Under the pieces are notes generated by a model. The model ran no database searches. It was not told the origin of the DNA and saw only the letters and a list, made by a program, of their open reading frames with translations. From the IMG/VR virus record IMGVR_UViG_3300042453_005981: a stretch of 56,930 nt of DNA. One strand, written 5' to 3'. The stretch is from an uncultured virus (IMG/VR IMGVR_UViG_3300042453_005981). Lineage: Duplodnaviria > Heunggongvirae > Uroviricota > Caudoviricetes. Below are positions 20,788-30,575 of the stretch, piece by piece. Every line of letters begins with the position of its first letter. Positions within the stretch are counted from its first letter, which is position 1. The position numbers were made by a program, and so were the translations under genes.

Positions 20788-20809
20788 AAAGCCCTCAATT
20801 GAGGGCTTT
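20788..20809. terminator. Bidirectional intrinsic terminator
   Basis: Perfect palindrome AAAGCCCTCAATTGAGGGCTTT between convergent genes. Confidence 0.75.
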
Positions 20810-21263
20810 AAGCATCTTGAAAAACTAATTTTTGAATTCCATCTTCCTTAACTGTTCCAACCTGAACAGCACCTGCAGAATTTATAAGTTGGTCTGCTCC
20901 TCCAGAAGATCGATTAATTTTTGAGCCATTACATGAAATATATGGCAAATCTGGATAACCATTTGATCTCAGCCAATCTTTGAAAGCATTTGCATCTCCT
21001 GCGATAAGGTTTCCTCTTTCTCCAAAAACTAATTTTCCATCTTCAGTGCCGTGTAGCAACCAAATACTCCTTTGTGTTCCATCGCTTGTTTTGATTTGCA
21101 CTTGTTTAGGTGGGTCATCAGGTCCCATAAAAAACTGACCTCCTACCAATTCTACTTCAAGCCTTCCTTCACTTCCTGAGGGAATCATTTGCCTATAAGA
21201 ATTGGGATCTAATTCTTGAACATTAGGATTTTGTGAACTGAGTTTGCTGAATTTGTACCACAC
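20808..21263 (-). CDS. Hypothetical MWY-start protein
   Basis: GTG start, MWYKFS N-terminus, AGG at -34. Confidence 0.6.
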   Translation of the reverse strand: MWYKFSKLSSQNPNVQELDPNSYRQMIPSGSEGRLEVELVGGQFFMGPDDPPKQVQIKTSDGTQRSIWLLHGTEDGKLVFGERGNLIAGDANAFKDWLRSNGYPDLPYISCNGSKINRSSGGADQLINSAGAVQVGTVKEDGIQKLVFQDA

Positions 21264-21274
21264 AATTTATATTT

Positions 21275-21811
21275 TCAGCTAAAAAAAGTAAAATCCTTGT
21301 CGGTAAATTTTTCACATTCTTCAAAAGGTTTACCAAGTTTGTCTTTATCTGACACAATCTGAGGAAAATCTTTCCAAGGAATGTCAAGACTGTTGTAAAG
21401 TAAAGATCTGTCATTTTCTTGACAATAATAATTAGAGCATTTGTAATAAACCACGCTATTATCTTCTAGCGATTGAAATCCATGTGCAAAGCCTTCTGGA
21501 ATAAATATAGCCAAATGATTTTCGCTTGATAATTCGATGTCAAACCATTTACCAAAATAGGGCGATTGCTCTCTTAAATCTACAGCAACATCATATATTT
21601 TTCCTGCCAAACAATACACTAATTTTGCTTGTGGAATTTGAACTTGATAATGCATGCCTCTAATCACTCCTTGTTTAGAAATTGAACAATTATCTTGAAC
21701 AAATTTAACAGGAAAAATTTTATCTTTATGCAAAAAAGTTTCAGTGAATTGTCCTCTATAATCTTGGAAACATTTTAAATTAACTATTTTAATTCCACCA
21801 AAAGGCTCCAT
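21275..21811 (-). CDS. rmlC: dTDP-4-dehydrorhamnose 3,5-epimerase
   Basis: D.RG.F.E, FVQDNCS.S..GVIRGMHYQ..QAKLV, DVAVDLR, IPEGFAHGF, YKC. Confidence 0.93.
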   Translation of the reverse strand: MEPFGGIKIVNLKCFQDYRGQFTETFLHKDKIFPVKFVQDNCSISKQGVIRGMHYQVQIPQAKLVYCLAGKIYDVAVDLREQSPYFGKWFDIELSSENHLAIFIPEGFAHGFQSLEDNSVVYYKCSNYYCQENDRSLLYNSLDIPWKDFPQIVSDKDKLGKPFEECEKFTDKDFTFFS

Positions 21812-21861
21812 ACACTATTTATACACCAGGAAAATATTGATGATAAGTTTAAATTAATAAA

Positions 21862-22656
21862 ATGGATAGAATTTCAATGATCAAATGCTGCAATGATCTT
21901 GATAAAAATGGTTTTTTTAAAGAATCTGAGTTGATAGAAAATTTCATAAAACTATCCGCTATGCCTTTAGGAAATGATTTAAAAGATACAATCAGGAATT
22001 TATTACCTCCCTCTGCAAAAGCAATCTTTGATAAATACTTACCTCCTAAAAAAACACAAGCCCCTGCACCAAAACAAAACCAAAAATCACTAAGAGAGAA
22101 AATATTACAACAAAGAAACAATCCTCAAATACCTTGGGGTAATTATGGCAAATTTAAAACAAAGCTTGAAAAGTATGAGGGCGGTTTATCTAATAGACCA
22201 CTTAAAGATGACCCTGGTGGATTAACTAACAAAGGCGTGACAGATGTAACATATAACAGATGGAGAAAAAGTAAAGGGCTAGGATATAAATCTGTTAGAT
22301 ATATCACTGACGAAGAAGTTAATCTTATCACTAAAAACTTATATTGGGATCAAATTAAAGGCGATTTTATTCCTCATCCAATTGCAATAGTTTTAGCAGA
22401 TTGGAAATTCCTTGGTGGTAGTCCTGTACAAGAATTACAAAAATTGATTGGAGTAAGCCCTGATGGTTTAATGGGCACAGCAACTGTGAAAGCTTTGTGG
22501 AGATACACTGGTCGTGATAATGAAAAAGCTAAACAGCTTGCTTTGAAATTATTAGATTCAAGAGAAAAATATATGAGAAAACTTCCAAATGCAGCCACTA
22601 ATGGAGGTTGGTGGATAAGATTGGATGACATGAGAAAAACAATTAGGGCTTTGTAG
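21862..22656 (+). CDS. Glycoside hydrolase family 108 lysozyme (endolysin or virion-associated lysin)
   Basis: YEGG..DDPGGLTNKGVT catalytic motif, LQKLIGVSPDGLMG..T, GWWIR. Confidence 0.85.
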   Translation: MDRISMIKCCNDLDKNGFFKESELIENFIKLSAMPLGNDLKDTIRNLLPPSAKAIFDKYLPPKKTQAPAPKQNQKSLREKILQQRNNPQIPWGNYGKFKTKLEKYEGGLSNRPLKDDPGGLTNKGVTDVTYNRWRKSKGLGYKSVRYITDEEVNLITKNLYWDQIKGDFIPHPIAIVLADWKFLGGSPVQELQKLIGVSPDGLMGTATVKALWRYTGRDNEKAKQLALKLLDSREKYMRKLPNAATNGGWWIRLDDMRKTIRAL

Positions 22657-22804
22657 AAGTTTTTTTGAGTGCTTCGCTAATTTGTTTAAAAATCTCATCT
22701 ATATCTTCTGGCTCAACATCCTCAAAAGTGTTGTCATTTAAGGTTATTGAAATTTTAACATTCTTGTCTTTTTTTCTAAATATATTTTTAATTTTTTCCC
22801 ACAT
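22643..22804 (-). CDS. Small hypothetical protein (53 aa; not in the ORF track)
   Basis: MWEKIKNIFRKK...KKTSTKP*; ATG lies 8 nt from the palindromic TGTACA promoter motif. Confidence 0.55.
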   Translation of the reverse strand: MWEKIKNIFRKKDKNVKISITLNDNTFEDVEPEDIDEIFKQISEALKKTSTKP

Positions 22805-22826
22805 GATGTAATTGTACAATCATAAC

Positions 22827-23120
22827 ATGGAAAGTTTTCAGAAAGATAGAAATATTACTGAAATTCCCATTCACCCCACTTATGAAAAAAAAACTGATGG
22901 TCATCTTGAGTGGTATAATCATTTAGATTCTATTTACTTTTTTAAAAACCAAAATGAACTTTTTGATTGTTTTTTTATTATCTTGAACAAAAAAATTTAT
23001 ATATCCTATAATGTTAGAAATAATCTTTCAATAGATTTCATGAAATTTGTGAAAATCACCGCCCCCACTAATATCAAAGATAAAAAAAGAAGAATATATA
23101 AACCCACAAAATTAATGTAA
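22827..23120 (+). CDS. Hypothetical protein
   Basis: ATG 8 nt downstream of the same TGTACA motif. Confidence 0.55.
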   Translation: MESFQKDRNITEIPIHPTYEKKTDGHLEWYNHLDSIYFFKNQNELFDCFFIILNKKIYISYNVRNNLSIDFMKFVKITAPTNIKDKKRRIYKPTKLM

Positions 23121-23139
23121 AAAAATTGTATAAAAGATA

Positions 23140-23643
23140 GTGATGAATCAAATCTGTATCGCTAAAAAACTTTCATATAACAACGTCGAGTTTTTAGATT
23201 TTGCAATCAATTCGCAAGATCAAGACAAGCTAATGACTTTTGCCACTTACAAAGAGGCTCATGAATACTTAAAAAGTGAGGTTGAAAAACCTGAGGAATT
23301 GCTTGATTTCATAATTACAACTATTGACGCTCAAAAAGACAATCCTCGAATGAAAGAGCTGTTGGCATTGGGTACTTCAAACCAAGCTCCAACTACTGCC
23401 ACTCCTCCATCAGCACCAGTAGCTGATGTATCAAGCACCACTGAGGAAGTGGAATGTTATTTTCTTTTAGATTGTTCAAATTTTGAAATTCTTAATAATG
23501 ATTCAATTATCGAAAGAGCGACCAATCGTCAGCTTATTCCTGTATTAGCTTTTGTTGACGCCACTAATCCAGAATCTTTAGTACAAGCTCCAAATTTCAA
23601 GCTCAAACAAGCATACATTGGTGTTGCTAAAGACCCTCAATAA
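23140..23643 (+). CDS. Hypothetical protein
   Basis: Two-domain ORF with Pro/Ala/Thr linker. Confidence 0.6.
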   Translation: MMNQICIAKKLSYNNVEFLDFAINSQDQDKLMTFATYKEAHEYLKSEVEKPEELLDFIITTIDAQKDNPRMKELLALGTSNQAPTTATPPSAPVADVSSTTEEVECYFLLDCSNFEILNNDSIIERATNRQLIPVLAFVDATNPESLVQAPNFKLKQAYIGVAKDPQ

Positions 23644-23646
23644 TAA

Positions 23647-24606
23647 ATGATTGAAGCCGTTGATGTAATTTTTGGTGCTTCTTGGGGAGACGAAGGTAAA
23701 GGGAAAATCTCCTCAAGAATTGCCAAAAACTATGATTATGTTTGTAGGTTTAATGGTGGCTCAAATGCTGGTCATACATTTTATGTCAATGACAAAAAAG
23801 TAATCACTCATGTCATCCCATCAGGAATTGCATTTAATATACCATCAATCATTGGACCAAATTGTGTAGTTTGCATTGAAGAATTCTTTGCAGAGCTATC
23901 ATATTTAGAGCATTTAGGCTTTAATCCTAAGCTAGTGAAGATAAGTCCAAAAGCACATATTGTCACGCCTCATCATAAAGAACAAGATGCTAATTATTAT
24001 TCAAAATTAATAGGTACCACTTCTAAAGGCATTGGTTTGTGTTATGCTGACAAGGCGCTTAGAACAGGTGTAAGAGCAGATACTGTTATGCCAAAGGAGT
24101 ATCTCTGGGATGAAAAACTTGATGGTCATGTTCTTTGTGAGGGCGCACAATCGTTCTGGTTAGATATTAATCAGGGTTCATATCCTTATGTTACATCTTC
24201 AGAGTGTTTGCCATATGCTTCTTGTTCGTTGGGATTTTCTCCCAAAAAAATTCGTGACATTATAGCAGTAGCAAAAATGTATGATACACGATCTGGAGTG
24301 GATCCTTATTTTGATTTAGACGATGAAGAGACACAGTTGGTGGCTAAATTAGGAAATGAGTACGGAACCACCACAGGAAGAGCAAGACAGGTAAAATGGT
24401 TAAATCTTGATAAGTTGTCTTATGCTATTGAGAAAGCTGGCGCAAATATATTATATATGAACAAAGGCGATATTTTAGAAGAAGCAAAAATCTTTAAATT
24501 ATATCATAATTCAGAATTATTGTCTTTCAGCGATATAGAAGAAATGAAAGCTTTTATACTTGAAAAAGTCAAAGAAGTTCAGATTGTGTGGGATTTTCAA
24601 GCTTAA
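23647..24606 (+). CDS. purA: Adenylosuccinate synthetase (short form)
   Basis: WGDEGKGK, RFNGGSNAGHT, IGTT.KGIG..Y.DK, EGAQ, GSYPYVTSS, EYGTTTGR.R. Confidence 0.93.
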   Translation: MIEAVDVIFGASWGDEGKGKISSRIAKNYDYVCRFNGGSNAGHTFYVNDKKVITHVIPSGIAFNIPSIIGPNCVVCIEEFFAELSYLEHLGFNPKLVKISPKAHIVTPHHKEQDANYYSKLIGTTSKGIGLCYADKALRTGVRADTVMPKEYLWDEKLDGHVLCEGAQSFWLDINQGSYPYVTSSECLPYASCSLGFSPKKIRDIIAVAKMYDTRSGVDPYFDLDDEETQLVAKLGNEYGTTTGRARQVKWLNLDKLSYAIEKAGANILYMNKGDILEEAKIFKLYHNSELLSFSDIEEMKAFILEKVKEVQIVWDFQA

Positions 24607-24624
24607 AATCCGTATATTAAATGT

Positions 24625-25461
24625 ATGGACATTAACGAACAACTTTTTGAAATTAAAAAGCCCTATCTTAAAACTATCAATTGTCTCGACAAAGGTTTTG
24701 TCAGATTGGTGGATTGGATGGGTTCTGATCAAAGAATTGTTCAATCAGCTCGCGTGTCCTATGGCGATGGAACAAAAACTGTTCGTGAAGATAAAGGGTT
24801 AATTGATTATCTTATGCGACACGCACACACTTCGCCTTTTGAGCAAGTGAATTTCACTTTCCATGCTAAGATGCCAATCTTTGTGGCAAGGCAGATTGTC
24901 AGACACAGGACTGCCAAGTTAAATGAGATTTCAGGAAGATATTCAATACTCAAGGACGAGTTTTATGAGCCCGATGTTTCTAGAATGGTAAAACAATCTA
25001 AAGACAACAAACAGGGCTCTTCTCAAGAATTACTTGAAGATGCTGAAAGCTTTCTGCAATCATTTAAGGATGAGCAATTTGAAATGTATGATAATTATGA
25101 AGAATACATTCAAGGTGGAATGGCAAAAGAAATGGCTCGTATAAATCTTCCTTTGTCAATTTATACAGAGTGGTATTGGACTATTGATTTACACAATCTG
25201 TTTCATTTCTTAAAACTTAGAATGGATTCTCACGCTCAATATGAAGTGAGAGTGTATGCAGACGCTAAATACAACCTGATAAAAGATATTGTGCCATTTG
25301 CTTGCGAATCATTTGAGCAACATGTGATCAATGGCAAAAAGTTTTCAAAAGATGAATTAGACATAATGAAAGAATTGATTCAGCACGAAGACATTAAAAG
25401 GTTAGCTGATCAAAGAAATTGGAAAGAATCTAAGGTAAATGAATTCCTTAAAAAGATATAA
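24625..25461 (+). CDS. thyX: Flavin-dependent thymidylate synthase
   Basis: SARVSY, HTSPFEQ, PIFVARQIVRHRTAKLNEISGRY, LRMDSHAQYEVR. Confidence 0.95.
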   Translation: MDINEQLFEIKKPYLKTINCLDKGFVRLVDWMGSDQRIVQSARVSYGDGTKTVREDKGLIDYLMRHAHTSPFEQVNFTFHAKMPIFVARQIVRHRTAKLNEISGRYSILKDEFYEPDVSRMVKQSKDNKQGSSQELLEDAESFLQSFKDEQFEMYDNYEEYIQGGMAKEMARINLPLSIYTEWYWTIDLHNLFHFLKLRMDSHAQYEVRVYADAKYNLIKDIVPFACESFEQHVINGKKFSKDELDIMKELIQHEDIKRLADQRNWKESKVNEFLKKI

Positions 25462-26299
25462 AATAATTTTTTTAGTTCCTATATTTGAAAGAGAAGATTG
25501 TGTGGAAGATCTTATTCAAAATATACACACAATCTGCCCTAATTCTGCAATTCTTTTTCACATAAATAGCAATTGCTCGCAAACATTTGTAGACAATATA
25601 AACAAGCTTAAAAACCATTATGATTTTTGTTACATTTTGCCCGAAAAATATCCATCTGAATGGGCTTCTGGTTTTTTAACAAACATTTACATACAAATGA
25701 TGAATTGGTGTATTGAAAATGACATTTCAGATTATATTTACATTACTCATTCTAATTCATTATTAATAAACCCAAAATTAGAATCATTCATTTATTCACA
25801 TGAAATATTTTTTCCCTTACCTGGAACTAAACATTCTGGAGATTGGTGGGAGAAAATATTATTAGATCAAAATATATTAGATTATGTGAAACCTTTAGGC
25901 GACATAATATATGTAACATCTATTGAAGGTGCTGCTATGAATTTGAAAGTGGCTCAACATTTTGTTGATGATTTAATTAAAGTTATTCCTAATATTAATG
26001 TAGAGTATCCTTCGGAGGAATATTATATACCCACGTCATTTATGAAAATCAAAGATAGATACAGATACATGAATTGTGCTTTGGAAAGGTGGGGGCATAC
26101 AGTTGACCATGTTGTAAATGGATATAAGCTTGGAGTGAGTAAAAATGAGGAATACATTTTAAATATAGTTTTAAACAATCAATTTGATGTTTTATCTAAA
26201 TTAAATCTTTATTCAATTAAAAAAATAGAAAGAAAATATAATTACCCTTTTAGAGAGCTTTTAAGGAATCATTTTGGTTATAACAACGTAATATTTTAA
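25439..26299 (+). CDS. Hypothetical protein, possible glycosyltransferase
   Basis: IIFLVPI..ILFHIN..EG..YPSEEYY loosely resembles GT14-like proteins. Confidence 0.4.
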   Translation: MNSLKRYKIIFLVPIFEREDCVEDLIQNIHTICPNSAILFHINSNCSQTFVDNINKLKNHYDFCYILPEKYPSEWASGFLTNIYIQMMNWCIENDISDYIYITHSNSLLINPKLESFIYSHEIFFPLPGTKHSGDWWEKILLDQNILDYVKPLGDIIYVTSIEGAAMNLKVAQHFVDDLIKVIPNINVEYPSEEYYIPTSFMKIKDRYRYMNCALERWGHTVDHVVNGYKLGVSKNEEYILNIVLNNQFDVLSKLNLYSIKKIERKYNYPFRELLRNHFGYNNVIF

Positions 26300-26304
26300 G
26301 GCGC

Positions 26305-27237
26305 ATGATATATCATCAAATTACATCACAAAACCCACTTGAAATTTATTTAAATTTAGAAGAGCTATTATGCTTAAAAAACATCACAAACACTGAATGT
26401 TTCATACAACCAAATGATGTGGCTAAAAAATATTTTGATTTTTCACATTTCCAAGTAGTCACTGAATTAAAAAAAGATGCTCTTACAATGGACATTGCAG
26501 ATTATGTCTGTATGTACAATTTTGATTTTATTGACATTGAAGGCTCTGAGTTTTTAGAATACAAAAGAAACCAAGAAAAAAAATATCTGCGATTAGATAA
26601 ATTTGAATTGAATGATTTTCATGTAAGGTTTTCAAAACCTAATTATTACGAAACAAAATATTTTCATTCGAATAAGAATATATATAGGAATGCGATTAAA
26701 CAATCTTCTATTTTTTTGTTCAATAAAAAATTTCAAGAAGAGTATGATTTTTTGAAACAAATTACTCCAAAGCTTCCATTGTTATGCCTCAAAGAATCAG
26801 AAGTGAATAGTATACCAAAATTACCAATCACAGATTGTGTTCATGTAGCTGATAAATACAACTATGATTTTGGAAAAATTCTTAAAGAGTCTCAAGGAAT
26901 TAATTCTCTCAATTTACATGATTACATTCGTGATTATCATTCTTCATTAAAAAACGTGGACATCAATATGTTACTTTTAATCATCAGTGAGAATTTTAAG
27001 GACATTTATGGTTACACTCAAGATTATGTTTTTGGCGCATTATGTAAGCAAATGTTTTTAAAAGATAAAGATTTTAAAGTTAATTTGCTTAATGTTCCAG
27101 ATTGTGGTTTATTGGAAAACTTTAACTTTAGAATTGTAGATTCCAGCGCATGTTTTTCTTTTTCAAAAATGAAATTGAATTGTCACAGATCTGATTTAAT
27201 GTCACTTATCCGATTCAATGAGTGTGTTATTGATTAA
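26305..27237 (+). CDS. Hypothetical protein
   Basis: 310-aa ORF with no recognised motif. Confidence 0.55.
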   Translation: MIYHQITSQNPLEIYLNLEELLCLKNITNTECFIQPNDVAKKYFDFSHFQVVTELKKDALTMDIADYVCMYNFDFIDIEGSEFLEYKRNQEKKYLRLDKFELNDFHVRFSKPNYYETKYFHSNKNIYRNAIKQSSIFLFNKKFQEEYDFLKQITPKLPLLCLKESEVNSIPKLPITDCVHVADKYNYDFGKILKESQGINSLNLHDYIRDYHSSLKNVDINMLLLIISENFKDIYGYTQDYVFGALCKQMFLKDKDFKVNLLNVPDCGLLENFNFRIVDSSACFSFSKMKLNCHRSDLMSLIRFNECVID

Positions 27238-27438
27238 TTTTTCAATTCTTTCAATAATTGGCGCCAAACCAGTATAGTTGCAATTAAACTCTCCTTTGAA
27301 TTTTTTTGTAGAATCCACAAAGTTCGTTAAATCATACATGCATCTAGCATTTTCTCCAGCCAAATCAATAGTTAGTTCTCCTGTGTATTCTGCCTCTTCA
27401 TCAAACTTAATTACACTGATGTTTGTTTTACTAGCCAT
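27202..27438 (-). CDS. Hypothetical protein
   Basis: Preceded by the TGTACAATATAACCT-ATG leaderless motif. Confidence 0.55.
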   Translation of the reverse strand: MASKTNISVIKFDEEAEYTGELTIDLAGENARCMYDLTNFVDSTKKFKGEFNCNYTGLAPIIERIEKLINNTLIESDK

Positions 27439-27493
27439 AGGTTATATTGTACATAAATAAGAAATATAAAACAGTCTGGAGAAAATTCTTAAA

Positions 27494-28000
27494 ATGAAAA
27501 ATCAAAAAACATCACTAAAAGATACAATTTTAAAACTTGCAAAAATTGCAGATGATTTTGATTCAATTAAGCTACACAAAGAAGCGAACATTATAACAAA
27601 TACAATGTTAAAATTAGCACAAACAGAATCATTGTTGATGCAAACCATTCCAAATTACATCAAAACATCCTTTGGCACTGTTGATGCATTTATTCAAAAA
27701 TTCCCAGCTTTGGCAGGGTTAAAACAAGTGTTGACAAAGTTAGTAAGCGGACAACCACTTAATGAATTAGAAAAAGATCAACTAAGGAAATCAATTTTAC
27801 AATCAGGATTAGGAAATTTGGAAGTATTACCAGCTGTGGAAGAAGCGAAAAAAATGAAAGCCGCCAATCCAACAATGAAATTAATTGATATCAGAAATTC
27901 TTTAGCTCAAAAATACACATGGCTTAATAATGGTCAAGATCCAAGATTTCAATCATTTAATCAGCAATTGTTAGCTATGTCGAGAAATAATATTGCTTAA
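27494..28000 (+). CDS. Hypothetical protein with N-terminal KLAKIADDFD..EAN.I..KLAQ module
   Basis: Module resembles segments of the 12093 and 21862 proteins. Confidence 0.6.
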   Translation: MKNQKTSLKDTILKLAKIADDFDSIKLHKEANIITNTMLKLAQTESLLMQTIPNYIKTSFGTVDAFIQKFPALAGLKQVLTKLVSGQPLNELEKDQLRKSILQSGLGNLEVLPAVEEAKKMKAANPTMKLIDIRNSLAQKYTWLNNGQDPRFQSFNQQLLAMSRNNIA

Positions 28001-28020
28001 ATCCTGTATAATAATAGTGT

Positions 28021-29244
28021 ATGACACCAGGTGTCCGAATACTTTTTATTGACATGAATTCCTTCTACGCCTCTGTAGAAGAGCAAGATAACCCAGGATT
28101 TCGTGGGAAACCCACTATTGTAGTGCCAGTTATGGCAGACACATCATGTGCAATCGCCGCTTCTTATCAAGCTAAAAAATTGGGCATCAAAACTGGCACA
28201 CCTGTAGCTGAAGCTAAACGTATCGCACCCAATCTTAATGTAGTGCTTGCCAGACCTTCAAGATATGTTGACATTCACAATAAAATCCTCACAATTCTTA
28301 ACACAATCTTCACGAAAGTAAAACCCTTATCTATTGACGAGTTTGCATGTTACCTTCCTGTAGATAATGCATCAGAGGAGTTTTGCTTACAATTGAGAGA
28401 TAAAATTAATAAGCAAATCCAAAACACAATCGGGCATGAAGTAAAAGCTTCTTTTGGAGCTTCGTCTAATATTTTTCTAGCCAAAATTGCTTCAGAAATT
28501 ATTAAGCCTGATGGCTTTGTTTATTTTGAAGCAAAAGATGCTCAAGAGAAAATGAAACATCTTAAATTAACAGATTTGCCAGGAATTGCCAGCAAAATGA
28601 ATGCAAGACTTGGTTCAAGATTTGTTTATACTATAGATGATTTGTTTTCCAAATCCGCAAGTGAGCTTAAAGCTATATTTGGATCAATAATTGGCGAACA
28701 ATGGTGGAGCATGCTTAGGGGAACTTTGAATCCAGATTATGGCATGTGGTATGGAAAAAAATTAAAATCCATTGGTCACTCACATGTTATTCCTCCACAA
28801 ATGCGAAATGTGCCTCACACTTATGAAATTTACAAATCACTGGTGGAAAAATCATTCAATCGAATGAACACACACAATCTATATCCAAGTAAATTACATG
28901 TTGGCATATCATGTTATAAGCCAAAGCACAAATCTATTTATATTGAAGCTGAAACCAAACATTTTAAACACACCGATAATTCAGATTCTCTTCGCGTGTA
29001 TGCCGAAAGTGAATGGAATTGCATAGCACAAGGAATACCTGATGATTATTATCCAAGAAAAGTGAGCGTAAGATGGACTAATCTATGTAATAAACAGGAC
29101 ATAATTCAACCATTGTTTGATTCAGATTGTGTTGAAAAATACAAAAGTATCTACGACATTCCAGATAGAATTACATTTGGTGATCCACAAAGGATTTTTA
29201 AAGAAACCTGCAAGAATTCCCCATCCGCTTGTCGGTGGGGATGA
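28021..29244 (+). CDS. dinB: Y-family DNA polymerase (DinB/UmuC-like)
   Basis: FIDMNSFYASVE, IAASYQAKKLGIKTG, SIDE, LAKIASEIIKPDG, LPGI; the last ~11 codons derive from the IS left end. Confidence 0.9.
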   Translation: MTPGVRILFIDMNSFYASVEEQDNPGFRGKPTIVVPVMADTSCAIAASYQAKKLGIKTGTPVAEAKRIAPNLNVVLARPSRYVDIHNKILTILNTIFTKVKPLSIDEFACYLPVDNASEEFCLQLRDKINKQIQNTIGHEVKASFGASSNIFLAKIASEIIKPDGFVYFEAKDAQEKMKHLKLTDLPGIASKMNARLGSRFVYTIDDLFSKSASELKAIFGSIIGEQWWSMLRGTLNPDYGMWYGKKLKSIGHSHVIPPQMRNVPHTYEIYKSLVEKSFNRMNTHNLYPSKLHVGISCYKPKHKSIYIEAETKHFKHTDNSDSLRVYAESEWNCIAQGIPDDYYPRKVSVRWTNLCNKQDIIQPLFDSDCVEKYKSIYDIPDRITFGDPQRIFKETCKNSPSACRWG

Positions 29245-30551
29245 ATTGCAGTAATTAGAAAATATTCTACTATTTTTCTAAAACATGTAGGTGATAGCAA
29301 ATATTAAACTGTAAAAGAACTATATGTTGAAAGCATATAAGTTTTTGATAAAACCTGCGAAAGAGCAAAGTGAGATGTTTGAAAAACATTTTGGCGCTGC
29401 TAGGTTTGTCTATAACTGGGGCTTAGAACAAAAAACAAAATCTTATCAAGAAGGAAAGAAAACATTGACTTTTCTTGGATTAGGACCAGAACTTGTTAAA
29501 CTTAAAAAAGAAAACATCTGGATGAAAGAAGTTAATAGCCAATCACTATTGGCTTCTCTAAAGAATTTAGACAATGCCTACACTAGATTCTTTCGAGAAA
29601 AGAAAGGATTTCCTAAATTTAAATCAAAATACAATCCAAAACAATCCTTCCAATGCCCTCAACATTGTACTGTAGATTTTGAAAAAGGATTGCTAAATAT
29701 CCCTAAAGTTAAAAATATCAAAACTGTATTCCACAGACAATTTGAAGGAGATATCAAAACTGTAACGATTTCTAAAGTGCCTTCTGGAAAATATTATGTT
29801 TCTATCCTTGTGGAAGATGGAAAGTCTTTACAAATTAAACCCAAACTTGACAGAAACGATGCAATAGGTATTGACATGGGATTGAAAGATTTTGTAGTTA
29901 CTTCAGATGGAGATAAGATTGCTAATCCGAAATATCTCAGAAAATCCGAAGAACGACTTGCAAGAAGACAAAGAAAATTAAGTGTAAAAAAGAAAGGGAG
30001 CAATAATAGAAATAAACAACGTAAAAAAGTAGCAAAGCTACATAAAAAAATAGCTAATCAAAGAAAAGACTTTCTGCATAAAGTATCTCATCAAATAGTT
30101 CACAAGAATCACGGAACGATTTGTGTTGAAGACTTGTGTGTTAAAGGGATGGTCAAAAATAGAAAATTAGCTAAATCAATATCTGATGCAGGATGGGGAA
30201 TGTTCTATAATTTTCTGAAATACAAATCAGAATGGCATGGAAAGAATTTCCTTGATATTGGAAGATTTGAACCATCGAGCAAGATGTGTTCAGTCTGCGG
30301 GAATATCAAATCAGATTTGACATTATCTGATAGAGAATGGATATGTTCTAAATGTGAAACAAAACACGATAGAGATATCAATGCTTCAATTAATATTCGG
30401 AACATGGCATTCACTAATCAGAATTTGGTAAGATGTATAGGACTGGAACAGCCCGAATCAACGCCTGTGGAGAAGAAAGCTCTGGTTAGAAATAATGAAA
30501 CTATCTTCTGCGAAGCAGGAAGCCTCACCCCTTGTGGGTGAGGTAGTTCAC
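29210..30551 (+). mobile_element. IS200/IS605-family (IS1341-like, TnpB-only) element
   Basis: Left-end hairpin GCAAGAATTCCCCATCCG..CGGTGGGGATGAATTGC; right end GGAAGCCTCACCCCTTGTGGGTGAGGTAGTTCAC; both ends nearly identical to the 53532-54857 element; left boundary uncertain by a few nt. Confidence 0.85.
29324..30541 (+). CDS. tnpB: RNA-guided endonuclease TnpB
   Basis: KAYKF HTH start, GIDMG (RuvC-I), VEDL (RuvC-II), CSVC..CSKC zinc finger, HDRDINA (RuvC-III); catalytic triad intact. Confidence 0.95.
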   Translation: MLKAYKFLIKPAKEQSEMFEKHFGAARFVYNWGLEQKTKSYQEGKKTLTFLGLGPELVKLKKENIWMKEVNSQSLLASLKNLDNAYTRFFREKKGFPKFKSKYNPKQSFQCPQHCTVDFEKGLLNIPKVKNIKTVFHRQFEGDIKTVTISKVPSGKYYVSILVEDGKSLQIKPKLDRNDAIGIDMGLKDFVVTSDGDKIANPKYLRKSEERLARRQRKLSVKKKGSNNRNKQRKKVAKLHKKIANQRKDFLHKVSHQIVHKNHGTICVEDLCVKGMVKNRKLAKSISDAGWGMFYNFLKYKSEWHGKNFLDIGRFEPSSKMCSVCGNIKSDLTLSDREWICSKCETKHDRDINASINIRNMAFTNQNLVRCIGLEQPESTPVEKKALVRNNETIFCEAGSLTPCG

Positions 30552-30575
30552 TAATTAATTTTCGTATACATTATT

